A stretch of 24,925 bases of DNA from the sequence record CAXMZX020001200.1, one strand, 5' to 3'. Below are positions 1-10,307 of this stretch, one piece after another (position 1 is the stretch's first letter; every line of letters begins with the position of its first letter). A program made the position numbers and the translations under genes. Under the pieces are notes generated by a model. The model had not been told where the DNA came from. It made no database searches and worked only from the letters and a program-made list of their open reading frames with translations.

Positions 1-416
1 TAATATAATAATAAAGTATGGAAGGGATGCCTTGGAAGAAAATAATAGGCGTGATTAATCATGAAAGTGTTGGCACGAGGAAAACCTGTGACGCCAACCG
101 ACCTAATACGGTAAACCGGAGCTATAAAGCTCGCTGTTAAGCAGTATTAAGGGGAAGTGAAACATCTCAGTACCCTGTAAACCAAATCAACCGAGACGTC
201 GTTAGTAGTGGTGAGCGAAAGCGATAAAAGGCAAAACGAAATAAATTGTTTTAAATTTTAATTTAAATACAAGCAAAAGAGTGAAGTGATAATAAATTAT
301 CTACCTGAGAAGGTGTTAGTCCTGTAATAATTTTTTTTTTCGTGATAGTAGGGTAAGGCAAGTTTACCTCACCCGAGTATTGGGGGACCACCCTCAAAGC
401 CTAAGGTTTTTTTCTT

Positions 417-454
<38 letters not shown>

Positions 455-534
455 AGAATTGTGATTGTGCAAAGAACCTGAAATTCCATATTTGAGTCGA
501 AGCAGTTTAATGCAACGGCATACCTTTTGTATAA

Positions 535-1570
535 GTGCGACACGAAGTTATATCGTACACTTCCGTGAAATCCGGAATCGGCTGTGTTACGCCGATATTC
601 TACCTTGGCATGCGTCTGAAGCAATTCGGGGGTGTGAAGCCCAAGGAACAATGTAGCCGAAACCCTTGCGATTAGGGTGTAGGAGCTAGAATGAATCTTT
701 ATGTCTAATGTAATGTGAATCAATGTTTGAAGCTTCGTAAAAGGTGTCTCTAGAATCGCCGGGATAATATACCGTCTACTGGATAATTGTGGTTAGGTCT
801 GAGGTTTTATGCTTCGCAGACAGTAACATTAAACTTGCCACCGGAGTAAAGTTGGAGACTAAGAAGATAATAAGTGTGTACAGTGTGGAACGTGGTAAGC
901 CCTATGTTTTCTTATTTATTTCAGATTAAGTGTAAAAACTTAATCCTTTATAGGTAAGTGGGTAAGAAGCAATTCTTGCTATCGAGCAGAGGGTAAAAGA
1001 GAAAACAAAAAGCGAAAGCCTGAAGGTAACCTTTGGGATAGTGGCTTATGCCATAGGATGAAAATCCGCTGACTTGTTTAGGTGTGTAAAACCAACAACT
1101 TTTGTTAGGCTTTGATTATTCTTACCCCCTAGGGGTAAAGTACTTGAATGTGATAGCGTAATAGACAATCATGAAAGTTAAAACCAAAAGATGGAATTCT
1201 ATTAATTGGAGAACAGTCAGATCCTATGTAGCCAACCTGCAGAGATGGTGGTGGCGTATAAAAAAGGTAATTGGTTAGAGGTACAATCCCTGCAGACTTT
1301 ACTCATGAACTCAAGGGAGATGTTTGTCTGTAAGGAAAGTAGTCTTTGACAAGGGTAGCGACGGTGAAGTACACTCTGGATAATATAGTACCCCTTCACC
1401 TGATTTGCCACGATTACGTATGCCAGAAAATAGAATTTAATTATCGAGAGTTTTAAAAACTCCTCCTTATGCTTAATTCTATAGAATAAACATGCTTCAG
1501 CCGTGTGCGGTGAAAGTCGCACGCACGGTTGTGAGGGGGGGAAAATCTGAGAAGATCTACCTATCCCGAT
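535..1570 (+). mobile_element. Group II intron 1 in rnl (ORF-less, 1036 nt)
   Basis: Starts GTGCGAC right after the exon sequence ccttttgtataa. Domain V consensus cagccgtgtgcggtgaaagtcgcacgcacggttg at 1498-1531 (AGC triad, GAAA-type loop). Domain VI has a bulged A (ctacctAtcccgat) 8 nt from an AT 3' end. Joining the exons restores the conserved TGTATAA|TGGG..AG.GA 23S sequence. Confidence 0.88.
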
Positions 1571-2674
1571 TGGGCAAGTGAATCTTAGTAAAGGGCAAGC
1601 TTAATCTATTAAAGTGAAGGCGAAGAGAAATCGAGTCTTGTATGGCGTTTTAAAGTCCTTTGCTAAGTACCCGAAACCGGCTGATCTAAACTTGAGCAGG
1701 CTGATATTGTAGTGGCAAGACTCTTTGGAGGGCCGAACCCGTGTATGTGGCAAAATACTGGGATGACTTGAGTTTAGGGGTGAAAGGCCAATCAAAGTCG
1801 GTGATAGCTGGATTTCTGCGAAATCTATTGAAGTAGAGCGTTTTATTTAGAAAGTCTGGGGTAGAGCACTGTGCAAGCAAGGGGGAGATAATCTCTTACT
1901 AAACTTTGGCAAACTCCGAATACAGATTTTTTCATTTAGAGCAGACAGAGTATGCGTGCAAAGATGCATACTCGAGAGGGAAACAGCCCAGACTGTTAGC
2001 TAAGGTCCATAAAATAGTTTCAGTGGTAAAGGTGACATTTGCTCCGAGACCGTCAGAAGGTAGGCTTGGAAGCAGCCATTCTTTTAAGACAGCGTAACAG
2101 CTCACTGACCTAGAGTAATAGTCCCGCCAATTATGAGGGCTTAAAACTATTACCGAAGCTCCAGACAAATTATTTTGTGGTAGCAGAACCTTCCGTAGGT
2201 CATAAAAGTTTTATTGTAAAGTAAAATGAAGATATCGGAGGTGAGAATACTTGCATGAGTAGCATAAAACAATGAAATTAAAGCATTGTGGCCGTAAGTC
2301 CAAGGTTTACGATCCTAAGTAAAGCTAGGTCGTGAGAGGGTAAAACCTCAAATTAAAACGGTCCCTAAGCTGTCGGGCCAAGGCCTCAAGTAATGGGCAA
2401 GATTACGAATAATCTGTTAAGAGTTGCTGACGAAAAATTCACTTTATTCTTGAGACTGTCAAGGGTGATTTATTTTTTCCAAGAAAAAGGCACTCTATAT
2501 GAACCGTACCTTAAACCACCACAGGTGGACAGGTGGAGTACACTAAGGCCTTGAGATAACCCTGTTGAAGGAACTCGGCAAAATGACTCTGTAACTTCGG
2601 AATAAGGGGTAAAGTTATTAGCGTAAGCTTTTATCTTTGACACAAAATCGGGGGTGGCGACTGTTTATTAAAAA

Positions 2675-3466
2675 GTGCGACAAGAAGTTCAGGAAGGGAT
2701 TGAGGTGAAAGTCCTCCTCCCGAATCGTTCATGGGAGAGTCTATCCAGACTTGCGTAGCGAGTAATCGCTAGGTGAGAAGCTCTGGAGACAATGTACCTG
2801 CCCTTTTGAGGTGCCAGGGCTAGGCTTTGTTCCTATGGCTAGCGAAAGCGAATACAGGTTATTAGGCGTCGTGAAAACAAAACTCTTTATTTATAGAGAG
2901 ACTTGTAGATGAGTTACCCTCCTTTTTATGGGGTAACTGAACGATCAATATCTACCGGCGTAGACTGTGAGCCTAAAGGAAACGAATGAAAGTGTCCCTT
3001 CCTGGGAACTTGGTAAGCCCAATAGACTCCCTTGTGGAGGAGTAAGAGCAATCTTACTTATCGTCTAGTGGGTAAAAGACATAATAGGAAGCAAATGCTT
3101 GGTTGTAACGATCGAGATAGAATCTGTTGATTTAAGCTGAAAGGCTGCAGACTTATTAAATGGGTGTTCTGGCGTGAGATATTGATAATAATATTCCGAG
3201 TGAAGATTTGTGTAAGTTTTCGGCTTAGTCCATTCTAAGTCAAAATCAGAAGAACTTGCTCTAAGGAAATCATTTTTAAAACATGAGTATTCCATACACA
3301 ATTCCTTTCAATTGGCATGACATAGATTGGGCAAGATCTTAAACATTTAATTATGTCATGTGAATCTTTTTCTCTAACGAAAAGCAGAATGCGTGAGCCG
3401 TGTGCGATGAAAGTCGCAAGCACGGTTCTGATGGGGGGAAAACGAGAGATCGTCTACCTATCCAAC
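2675..3466 (+). mobile_element. Group II intron 2 in rnl (ORF-less, 792 nt)
   Basis: Starts GTGCGAC after cgactgtttattaaaaa. Domain V gagccgtgtgcgatgaaagtcgcaagcacggttc at 3396-3429. Domain VI ...ctacctAtccaac ends in AC. The downstream exon resumes tcacaggtctctgc, matching E. coli ..ACCAAAAACACAGCACT. Confidence 0.88.
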
Positions 3467-3580
3467 TCACAGGTCTCTGCTAACTCGCAAGAGGATGTAT
3501 AGGGACTGACACCTGCCCGGTGCCGGCAGGTAAAGCTTGAATGTTTACGCGTTTAAGTCAAACCCCGGTAAACGGCGGCT

Positions 3581-3637
<57 letters not shown>

Positions 3638-3723
3638 TGAATGGTGTAACGACTTCCCCGCTGTCTCCAACAGGGACTCAGTGAAATTACATAGGTCGTG
3701 AAGATGCGACCATCCTGCAGCTG

Positions 3724-3754
<31 letters not shown>

Positions 3755-3891
3755 GCAAGTATTGTAAATCAAAGACTTAAGTGTAGAATAGGTGGGAGCC
3801 GGCGACTTATTCTCGCTAGAGATTAATGAGGCAGTAGTGAAATACCACCCAAAGATCTGTTGATTTACTAACAACAAGGACAGTGCTTGCT

Positions 3892-3936
<45 letters not shown>

Positions 3937-4103
3937 ATACAAAGGTAGGCTCATCCCCCTATAAGGGGAGTCGAGTGTAATGGCATAAGCCTGCTTGACT
4001 GTAAGAAATACATTTCAATCAGGGACGTAAGTCGGTCATAGTGATCCGGTGGCTCTTCGTGGAAAGGCCATCGCGCAATGGATAAAAGGTACGCCGGGGA
4101 TAA

Positions 4104-5237
4104 GTACGACGTGTAATGTATAAATAATAGGGTAAAAATCCCTCACACATGGTTTGCAAGTGTGAAGTGAAAGCCGGGAGCGTTCGGAGTAATTCGTAGG
4201 TTCTAAGTCGGTTGTAGCTTGATGGTTCCTAAGATAAGTGAGAGCGAATAGATGGTTGAAGCTTCGTAAGGCGTGACCATATTTTTATGGTACTGCAGTT
4301 AGGGGTGGGAAGTTTTGTCCCCGTCTACCCGCAAATCCAAATAACTGCCGGAGTAGAGTCTGCATCTAAGGGAACACGAGAAAGTATTTATAAGTTAAGC
4401 ACGGTAAGCCCCATGTGCACCTGTTTTGGTAAACAGGAGGCTAAAGAGTAATCCAAGGTATCGCGCAGGGGGTAAAAGACAGCATAAAAAGCTAAAGCTC
4501 ACTCTGTAATGGAGAGGGATAGGGTCTTATGGCCCGATCTGAAAGGATGCTGACTTATGCATGGGTGACGGAATGCTAATAATTAAACCTGGTTTTATAT
4601 TAGATCTAGGTTATGTTTGGTACTGATTAAGTGTATGACTAAGTAAGGGATTAAACATATCAATCGCATAGAGTGTTTAAGGGGTGTAGTAAGTAAATTA
4701 ATAGAGACTACTTGTTTAGGGTGCCAGTTGTTAGACGGGTGCTAAAGCTTTCATTACACATCATTAGTATCTTCGGGTCTAGGTAGACGCATTTGTATTA
4801 GGTCTTCAAGGGGATAAATCGGTTCAGGGCGTTATCAGTATCTTCAGGGGTAGGTGACGATTTGGGACGGTAAAACACACTTTTAGGGCGATATAAATTA
4901 TCCAGAAGAATTAGTAGAGGCATATCGTTCGAAAAACAATGAGGCTGTTGTTAAAATGCAATCGCTTATAACATACAGCTTTGCAGCAAGGTGTTTGTTT
5001 GTTGGTGGTACATGGAGTTATAAAAATTTGTGTTTGCTGCATGAAACCTACAACAAACAGGTAACTAAAAATAAATTGTTAAACAAAAAGATTGCCCATC
5101 GGCGAAGTCTTGGGAAGGATTGGATAACACCTGTACCCAAGATGAGCAGGATGATAAGTTGCTTGAGCCGTGTGCGTTGAAAGATGCATGCACGGTTCTT
5201 AGGGGGGGAAAGCCGGTAACGGCCTACCTATCCCAAT
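4104..5237 (+). mobile_element. Group II intron 3 in rnl (ORF-less, 1134 nt), inserted in the peptidyl-transferase centre at GGGGATAA|CAGGCT
   Basis: Starts GTACGAC after ccggggataa. Domain V gagccgtgtgcgttgaaagatgcatgcacggttc at 5165-5198. Domain VI ...ctacctAtcccaat ends in AT. The exon resumes caggctaatgatcc. Internal blocks are shared with intron 1 (tgaagcttcgtaa, gccggagta, ggtaagccc, gggtaaaaga, tgctgactt). Confidence 0.88.
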
Positions 5238-5295
5238 CAGGCTAATGATCCTCTAGAGTCCCTATCGACGGGTTCGTTTGGCACCTCGATGTCGA

Positions 5296-6256
5296 GTGCG
5301 AGCTGTTGGTGTAAAGTAAGAATTTGATATCTTACGTAAAACCGAGTGTACTCCAGAGTCACTTAACTAATAATGTAGGCGGGTACCCACTCCCGTGTAT
5401 CCAACTCTTAAAGGATACTGATCGCACATCCCCACTTATCAGGGGAGCGTCCTCACGGGATCTCTGATGCGTAACCACAGAGATCTCGGAAGCGAGGGTG
5501 AAAGTAGTCAATACCTTACGTATTGAAGTAATTGACTATGAGAATGTGCTGGGCAAGACTACAGCAAGGAAACTGATGTAATAAAACGTCTTCAACGAGG
5601 AATTCTGGGGACAATAATACGTTAGATGCAAATCAACCCAGGGCCACAAACAAGTGGAATCTTCTCACATGAAGGAGGTACTCCGTACGACAGGAGGCCT
5701 TAAAGAGTCTTTAGAGAAGAGGCGTAGAGTCAGGGTCAGGTCCAGTATTATACATTATTGGAACAGAATAAGTGAGGGAGAAGCTCCAATTAATCTTTAA
5801 AACTTAATTGGTGGGGTCCGCTATAAGCTCTCCCTCATTACGATTCCACAAGAAGCTAACGGACACATGTAATGTGTGTCATATGCCCACGTGTGGAGCC
5901 GAAGTAGATCATTTAAAGAACTGCAGGGTTAATAATACTCTTTGCTTGTATTGTTGTATGCGTAATATACCTAAGGAATGGAGTAAAATTCGATGGCCGG
6001 AAGTTGAACAAAAAGTGTATTACCTACAGTTCTTTAAATTGAGTAAAGAAGGTATAGTTTTATGGATCCAAAATATGGAATTCCCAAAAGTCTTTAATTA
6101 AGTGTATGTAAGCGCTTTCGAAAAGGGGCACTGCCATGGTTCATTCTACCTAATTTATAGATGTGAGTCTCTACTCGGTAGGAGCCGTATGAATGGAGAC
6201 ATTCACGTACGGTTTTGGAGTAGCAGGATATATGGTAACATGTACTTGACTATAAG
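5296..6256 (+). mobile_element. Group II intron 4 in rnl (about 960 nt), a different sequence lineage from introns 1-3. Boundaries are uncertain by 1-2 nt.
   Basis: GTGCG at 5296 follows cacctcgatgtcga. Domain V-like gagccgtatgaatggagacattcacgtacggttt at 6182-6215. A domain VI hairpin (atg-gtaa-cat core) has bulged A6249. The exon resumes at (g)ctcatcacatcctggagctgg. No placement gives a GTGCG start, an AY end and the consensus GTCGGCTCATC mature sequence all at once. Confidence 0.75.
5808..6101 (+). pseudogene. Possible degenerate HNH/En-domain remnant of an intron-encoded reverse transcriptase-maturase, inside intron 4
   Basis: The 97-aa ORF contains CNVC..(7)..AEVDHLKN..(6)..NNTLCLYCC. 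This resembles the CxxC...EVHH...N...LCxxCH zinc-finger/HNH pattern of group II intron En domains. A stop lies immediately upstream and I saw no RT motifs, so it would be a remnant. Pattern recognition only. Confidence 0.3.
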
Positions 6257-6625
6257 CTCATCACATCCTGGAGCTGGAAAAGGTTCCAAGGGTTCGGCTG
6301 TTCGCCGACGAAAGTGGTACGTGAGTTGGGTTTAGAACGTCGTGAGACAGTTTGGTCCCTATCTTCTGTGGGTGTTTGAAAATTAAGAGGACTAAACCTT
6401 AGTACGAGAGGACCGGGAAAACTTGATCCCTTGTGTTCCGGTTGTTCCCACAGGGGCAACGCCGGGTAGCTACATCAAGAAGAGATAATCGACCATTCGG
6501 CGAGAAACTCTCCTCAAGTAAAATTTTCGTGAGTAGGTGGAAGATTACCACTTGGATAGGCGGGAAGTGTAAGAGCTGTAAAGTTTTCAGCTGATCCGTA
6601 CTAATATCTCAATAAGGTTTTTAAT

Positions 6626-6699
6626 GGGTGTATAGCTCAGCTGGTTAGAGTGGTGGACTTTTAATCCGAGGGTCTTGGGTTCAAGTCCCAATACGCCCA
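6626..6699 (+). tRNA. trnK: tRNA-Lys (anticodon UUU)
   Basis: Hand-folded cloverleaf. Acceptor gggtgta/tacgccc, D arm gctc..gagt, anticodon loop cttttaa, T arm ttggg-ttcaagt-cccaa. Confidence 0.85.
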
Positions 6700-6706
6700 A
6701 AAAGTC

Positions 6707-6727
6707 TTAAAAGATTTAATCTTTTAA
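6707..6727. repeat. Short AT-rich palindrome/hairpin (ttaaaagatt / aatcttttaa)
   Basis: The 10-nt arms at 6707-6716 and 6718-6727 are exact reverse complements. Confidence 0.6.
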
Positions 6728-6734
6728 AACAAGC

Positions 6735-6787
6735 GTGCAATCGGGGCATACTATTAATAAATTATTAATAGTATGCCCCGATTGCAC
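6735..6787. repeat. Perfect 24-bp inverted repeat (stem-loop) with a 5-nt loop, in the trnK-trnD spacer
   Basis: gtgcaatcggggcatactattaat (6735-6758) is the exact reverse complement of attaatagtatgccccgattgcac (6764-6787). The loop is aaatt. Confidence 0.9.
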
Positions 6788-6845
6788 TATGACAATATGC
6801 CCTTGATTATTGTGGTTTTTTAACTGGAGTTTTGATAATCACATT

Positions 6846-6918
6846 GGAGAAGTAACTCAGTTGGTAGAGTGTCGGCTTGTCATGCCAATGGCCGCGGGTT
6901 CAAGTCCCGTCTTTTCCG
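6846..6918 (+). tRNA. trnD: tRNA-Asp (anticodon GUC)
   Basis: Acceptor ggagaag/cttttcc, anticodon loop ttgtcat, T arm gcggg-ttcaagt-cccgt. Confidence 0.85.
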
Positions 6919-6986
6919 TTGAGGATATTTGTGGGTTATTTTTTTAGAACTTCTAAAATCTTGTTCAAAAGTTCAAATAGATGCCC

Positions 6987-7059
6987 GGGGGTATAACTCA
7001 GTTGGTAGAGTGTGCGCTTTGCAAGCGTGAAGTCAAGGGTTCAAGTCTCTTTATCTCCA
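6987..7059 (+). tRNA. trnA: tRNA-Ala (anticodon UGC)
   Basis: Acceptor gggggta/tatctcc with a G3:U70 pair, anticodon loop tttgcaa, T arm aaggg-ttcaagt-ctctt. Confidence 0.85.
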
Positions 7060-7065
7060 TTTTTT

Positions 7066-7431
<366 letters not shown>

Positions 7432-7491
7432 TACTGTAAGCACATTCTCCAGTACTAATTAAAATAAAATTTTAGAGACTCGATGTTTGGT

Positions 7492-7564
7492 AGCGGTGTA
7501 GTTCAGCGGTTAGAATGTTGGAATCATATCCCAAATGTCAAGGGTTCGAGTCCCTTCTCCGTTA
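7492..7564 (+). tRNA. trnM: tRNA with anticodon CAU (Met; initiator-like features, but Ile via lysidine cannot be excluded)
   Basis: Acceptor agcggtg/ctccgtt (A1:U72, one U:U mismatch), anticodon loop atcatat, anticodon stem with GG(A)/(C)CC, T arm aaggg-ttcgagt-ccctt. Confidence 0.75.
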
Positions 7565-7572
7565 TTTAAATC

Positions 7573-7656
7573 GCGACTTTGGTGAAATTGGTAGACACGT
7601 CAGACTTAAAATCTGTTTCTATTTTAAGAGTATCGGTTCAAGTCCGATAAGTCGCA
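7573..7656 (+). tRNA. trnL: tRNA-Leu (anticodon UAA), long variable arm
   Basis: Perfect acceptor gcgactt/aagtcgc, anticodon loop cttaaaa, long variable arm, T arm atcgg-ttcaagt-ccgat. Confidence 0.85.
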
Positions 7657-7658
7657 TT

Positions 7659-7733
7659 GGCGAGTGTAACTCAGTTGGTTAGAGTGTCAGGTTGTGGCTC
7701 TGGAAGACGGGGGTTCAACTCCCCTCGCCCGCC
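7659..7733 (+). tRNA. trnH: tRNA-His (anticodon GUG) with encoded G-1
   Basis: An extra 5' G pairs with discriminator C73. Acceptor gcgagtg/cgcccgc, anticodon loop ttgtggc, T arm ggggg-ttcaact-cccct. Confidence 0.85.
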
Positions 7734-7735
7734 TT

Positions 7736-7808
7736 GACTAGATAGTATAATGGTCTAATGCGTTGGGTTGCAAACCCAAAAATGAGGGTTCAAATCCCTC
7801 TCCGGTCT
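7736..7808 (+). tRNA. trnC: tRNA-Cys (anticodon GCA)
   Basis: Acceptor gactaga/tccggtc, perfect anticodon stem ttggg/cccaa, loop ttgcaaa, T arm gaggg-ttcaaat-ccctc. Confidence 0.8.
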
Positions 7809-7881
7809 TCTTCAATAGCTCAGTTGGTAGAGCATATGGCTGTTAACCATAAAGTCGTTGGTTCAAGTCCAACTTGAAGAG
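7809..7881 (+). tRNA. trnN: tRNA-Asn (anticodon GUU)
   Basis: Perfect acceptor tcttcaa/ttgaaga, anticodon stem tatgg/ccata, loop ctgttaa. Abuts trnC with no spacer. Confidence 0.85.
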
Positions 7882-7915
7882 TCCTTAAAAATAAAAATTA
7901 TTATTCCGGTTAGTT

Positions 7916-7988
7916 GTTTGGGTAGCTCAGTTGGTAGAGTGAAGGACTGAAAATCCTTAGGTCATCGGTTCAAGCCCGATCTCAAACA
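7916..7988 (+). tRNA. trnF: tRNA-Phe (anticodon GAA)
   Basis: Acceptor gtttggg/ctcaaac, anticodon stem aagga/tcctt, loop ctgaaaa, T arm atcgg-ttcaagc-ccgat. Confidence 0.85.
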
Positions 7989-7996
7989 AAACTTTT

Positions 7997-8374
7997 ATGC
8001 TTGCAAAATTAATAAATAAATTACGTAATGCCTATGTTGTATATCATATAGGAGTCTCTTTTAGAGAAATTAAATTTTGTGCTAAAGTCTTGGATATATT
8101 ATGGAAAGAAAATTTAATTCGCGGTTATAAAAAAACAAATAAAGGCGTTATAACAGTTTATCTTAGATACCATGAGGGATACCCGGTTTGTACTCGTTTA
8201 ACTCTTTTATCGAGCCCTAGAGATCGCTTTTATTTATCCTCTTTAGATCTTTTTCGTGTGATGGATAGTTCTTGGTCTGGCGTTTTTATATTGTCGACAC
8301 CTAAAGGGATTATGTCAGGGACAGAGGCTATACGTAGAGGGGAAGGGGGTGAAATTTTAGCTTACGCTTCATGA
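7997..8374 (+). CDS. rps8: Ribosomal protein S8
   Basis: 125-aa ORF. The C-terminus ILSTPKGIMSGTEAIRRGEGGEILAYAS matches the S8 signature (STSxGImt..eA...gvGGEvLcyv). Located upstream of rpl6 as in the spc operon. TGA stop. Confidence 0.85.
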   Translation: MLAKLINKLRNAYVVYHIGVSFREIKFCAKVLDILWKENLIRGYKKTNKGVITVYLRYHEGYPVCTRLTLLSSPRDRFYLSSLDLFRVMDSSWSGVFILSTPKGIMSGTEAIRRGEGGEILAYAS

Positions 8375-8862
8375 AAGCTCAGGTATTTCGTTTACCTTTA
8401 GGGGTTAGGTGTTCGAGTAATAATGGTAAAGTTTGTGTCTCAGGCAATAAAGGTAAGGTTTTTTTTTATTCAGTTAGTAATCTACATCGCAAAGGAGATG
8501 TTATTATTTTTTTGCCTTATTTAAATCCTTATCAAAGTTCTATCTTTATGCAAGCAGTACAAGGAGTAGTTTTAGGTTATACTATAGAGTTAAATTTAAA
8601 AGGCATCGGTTATAAGGTATCTACGAAAGAAAGAAATCTTATTCTTTCTTTGGGGTATAGTAAACCCGTCATATTAAATATTCCCGAAGAGGTTTCAGTT
8701 AAATTAAGTAAAAAAAGTTTTTCTTTAATTTCTCCGAACATGGGGGTTTTACAAAATTTTGCTACAATGGTACGCAGTCAACGATTCCCCGACTCCTATA
8801 AAGGGGCGGGTATTCTTTATGGCGGCGAAATAATCCTTTGTAAGGAGGGTAAAAAAACTTAA
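8371..8862 (+). CDS. rpl6: Ribosomal protein L6
   Basis: 163-aa ORF with KGIGYKV, LGYSKPV and YKGAGILYGGEIILCKEGKK, which are typical L6 motifs. ATGA overlap with rps8. Confidence 0.85.
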   Translation: MKAQVFRLPLGVRCSSNNGKVCVSGNKGKVFFYSVSNLHRKGDVIIFLPYLNPYQSSIFMQAVQGVVLGYTIELNLKGIGYKVSTKERNLILSLGYSKPVILNIPEEVSVKLSKKSFSLISPNMGVLQNFATMVRSQRFPDSYKGAGILYGGEIILCKEGKKT

Positions 8863-9473
8863 TGGTAAATAAAAAGCATGAGCGTCTACTTTCTTTTTTT
8901 ATTGGTTCCTCAGGTTATTTAGTTCCGCGCCCTCAAAATGAGTACGTTAAAATTTCAAAAACAATGCATTGTTATCTCCTGGGCAAACGAAATAATTTTT
9001 ATTTTTATAATCTTGAAAAAAGCTTATATGGAATTCGTGCAACATTAGAAGTTTTTAAAAATATAGTAGCGAAGGAGGGGAAAATTCTTCTTATTAGCAA
9101 TTCACTCAGGTTAGAATCACGTTTCGCATTGGAATCAAATATCAATTATTTAAAATGGAAAAGAGGATCTTTATCCAAATCTCAAGATGTTGATTTAGTT
9201 TTTTTATCAGGGGTTAATAGGGAAAATTTAGTAGAGGCGCATCGTAAATGTCTATTGTTGTCAGGAGTTGGTAGTTCCACAATGAGTAAAATAGCTTACC
9301 CGGTTAATTTAAATATTGAATCACCCCTGTTATCGGATTGGTTTCTTGGTGCTCTTTACACAAGTTATATTCAAGGTCAAAAAATGAAAAAAACACGTAA
9401 AACTTCCTTACCGGTTGTTCGCCTTTTAGGTCAAGGGAAGCCAAAAGCTGTTATTCAAAAAAATGCGATTTAA
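8862..9473 (+). CDS. rps2: Ribosomal protein S2
   Basis: 203-aa ORF. MHCYLLGKRNNFYFYNLEKSLYGIRATLEVFKNIVAKEGKILLISN resembles the S2 N-terminal core (hfGh..r.wnP.m..yI...rn.i.IIdL.kT...l..A..f......g.iLFVgTk). Position is as in stramenopile mtDNAs. Divergent. Confidence 0.7.
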   Translation: MVNKKHERLLSFFIGSSGYLVPRPQNEYVKISKTMHCYLLGKRNNFYFYNLEKSLYGIRATLEVFKNIVAKEGKILLISNSLRLESRFALESNINYLKWKRGSLSKSQDVDLVFLSGVNRENLVEAHRKCLLLSGVGSSTMSKIAYPVNLNIESPLLSDWFLGALYTSYIQGQKMKKTRKTSLPVVRLLGQGKPKAVIQKNAI

Positions 9474-10260
9474 ACATAAATATAAGTCGTGTTTATGGTC
9501 TAGAACTAATATCTGGGGAGACCTTTTGGCAAAGGAGCATACTTTTCTTAGCCCCAAATGGGATAGTATGATTGCAATTTTACGTAGTCAAAAACGGCGT
9601 CACAGGCCTTTGGTAAATATTAATAGATATCGCCACCCAATATGTCGCGATTACAACTTCCTTCAACCGCGTTCAAGGTCTAATCAAGTATTTAAATACA
9701 ACCGTATAGGCTATCGCAATACATTATCGTCAATATTTTGTCTTCGACGCTTTTATGGTGATTTAAGTCATAAATCGTTCAAGTCTTTGTGTCAACCATC
9801 TTTTAAACTTAAAAATCCCTCACTCGATTTATTAGGGACTTTGGAAGGTCGTTTGGACATCTGTTTATATAGATTAGGTTTTTTTCATTCAATATATTAC
9901 AGCAGGCAAGCCATTCAACATAATAAAATTATAGTTAATGGAAAAAAAATGGGACATAGTGGTTTTGTACTTAAAAAGGGTGATTACGTTGAATTCTGTC
10001 CTACACAACGTTCTGCTATTAGAGCCCGCCTTATAGCCCGATATAAACGTTTTAGGTCTTCTGACGTTCGGTCAGTGCGTCGGCGTTTAGCTCATCGTTA
10101 CAAGCTTCAACTTCAACTTCAACCGACGCCCAAGTGGATACAAACAGACTACTCGAGTTTGAGCTTCCTATTATCTTCTTCTATATGTCCACCTTTTATG
10201 TATCCTTTTCGGGTAAAGGTTGATGAGGCTCTCTGGGCTTCTAAGTATGGGTATTTGTAG
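9463..10260 (+). CDS. rps4: Ribosomal protein S4
   Basis: 265-aa ORF with an S4 RNA-binding domain: LEGRLDICLYRLGFFHSIYYSRQAIQHNKIIVNGKKMGHSGFVLKKGDYVEF. Confidence 0.8.
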   Translation: MRFKHKYKSCLWSRTNIWGDLLAKEHTFLSPKWDSMIAILRSQKRRHRPLVNINRYRHPICRDYNFLQPRSRSNQVFKYNRIGYRNTLSSIFCLRRFYGDLSHKSFKSLCQPSFKLKNPSLDLLGTLEGRLDICLYRLGFFHSIYYSRQAIQHNKIIVNGKKMGHSGFVLKKGDYVEFCPTQRSAIRARLIARYKRFRSSDVRSVRRRLAHRYKLQLQLQPTPKWIQTDYSSLSFLLSSSICPPFMYPFRVKVDEALWASKYGYL

Positions 10261-10307
10261 TTTATTATTCTTAAATTTTTCGTTTTTTTTTTTTTCATCA
10301 AGCTTAA

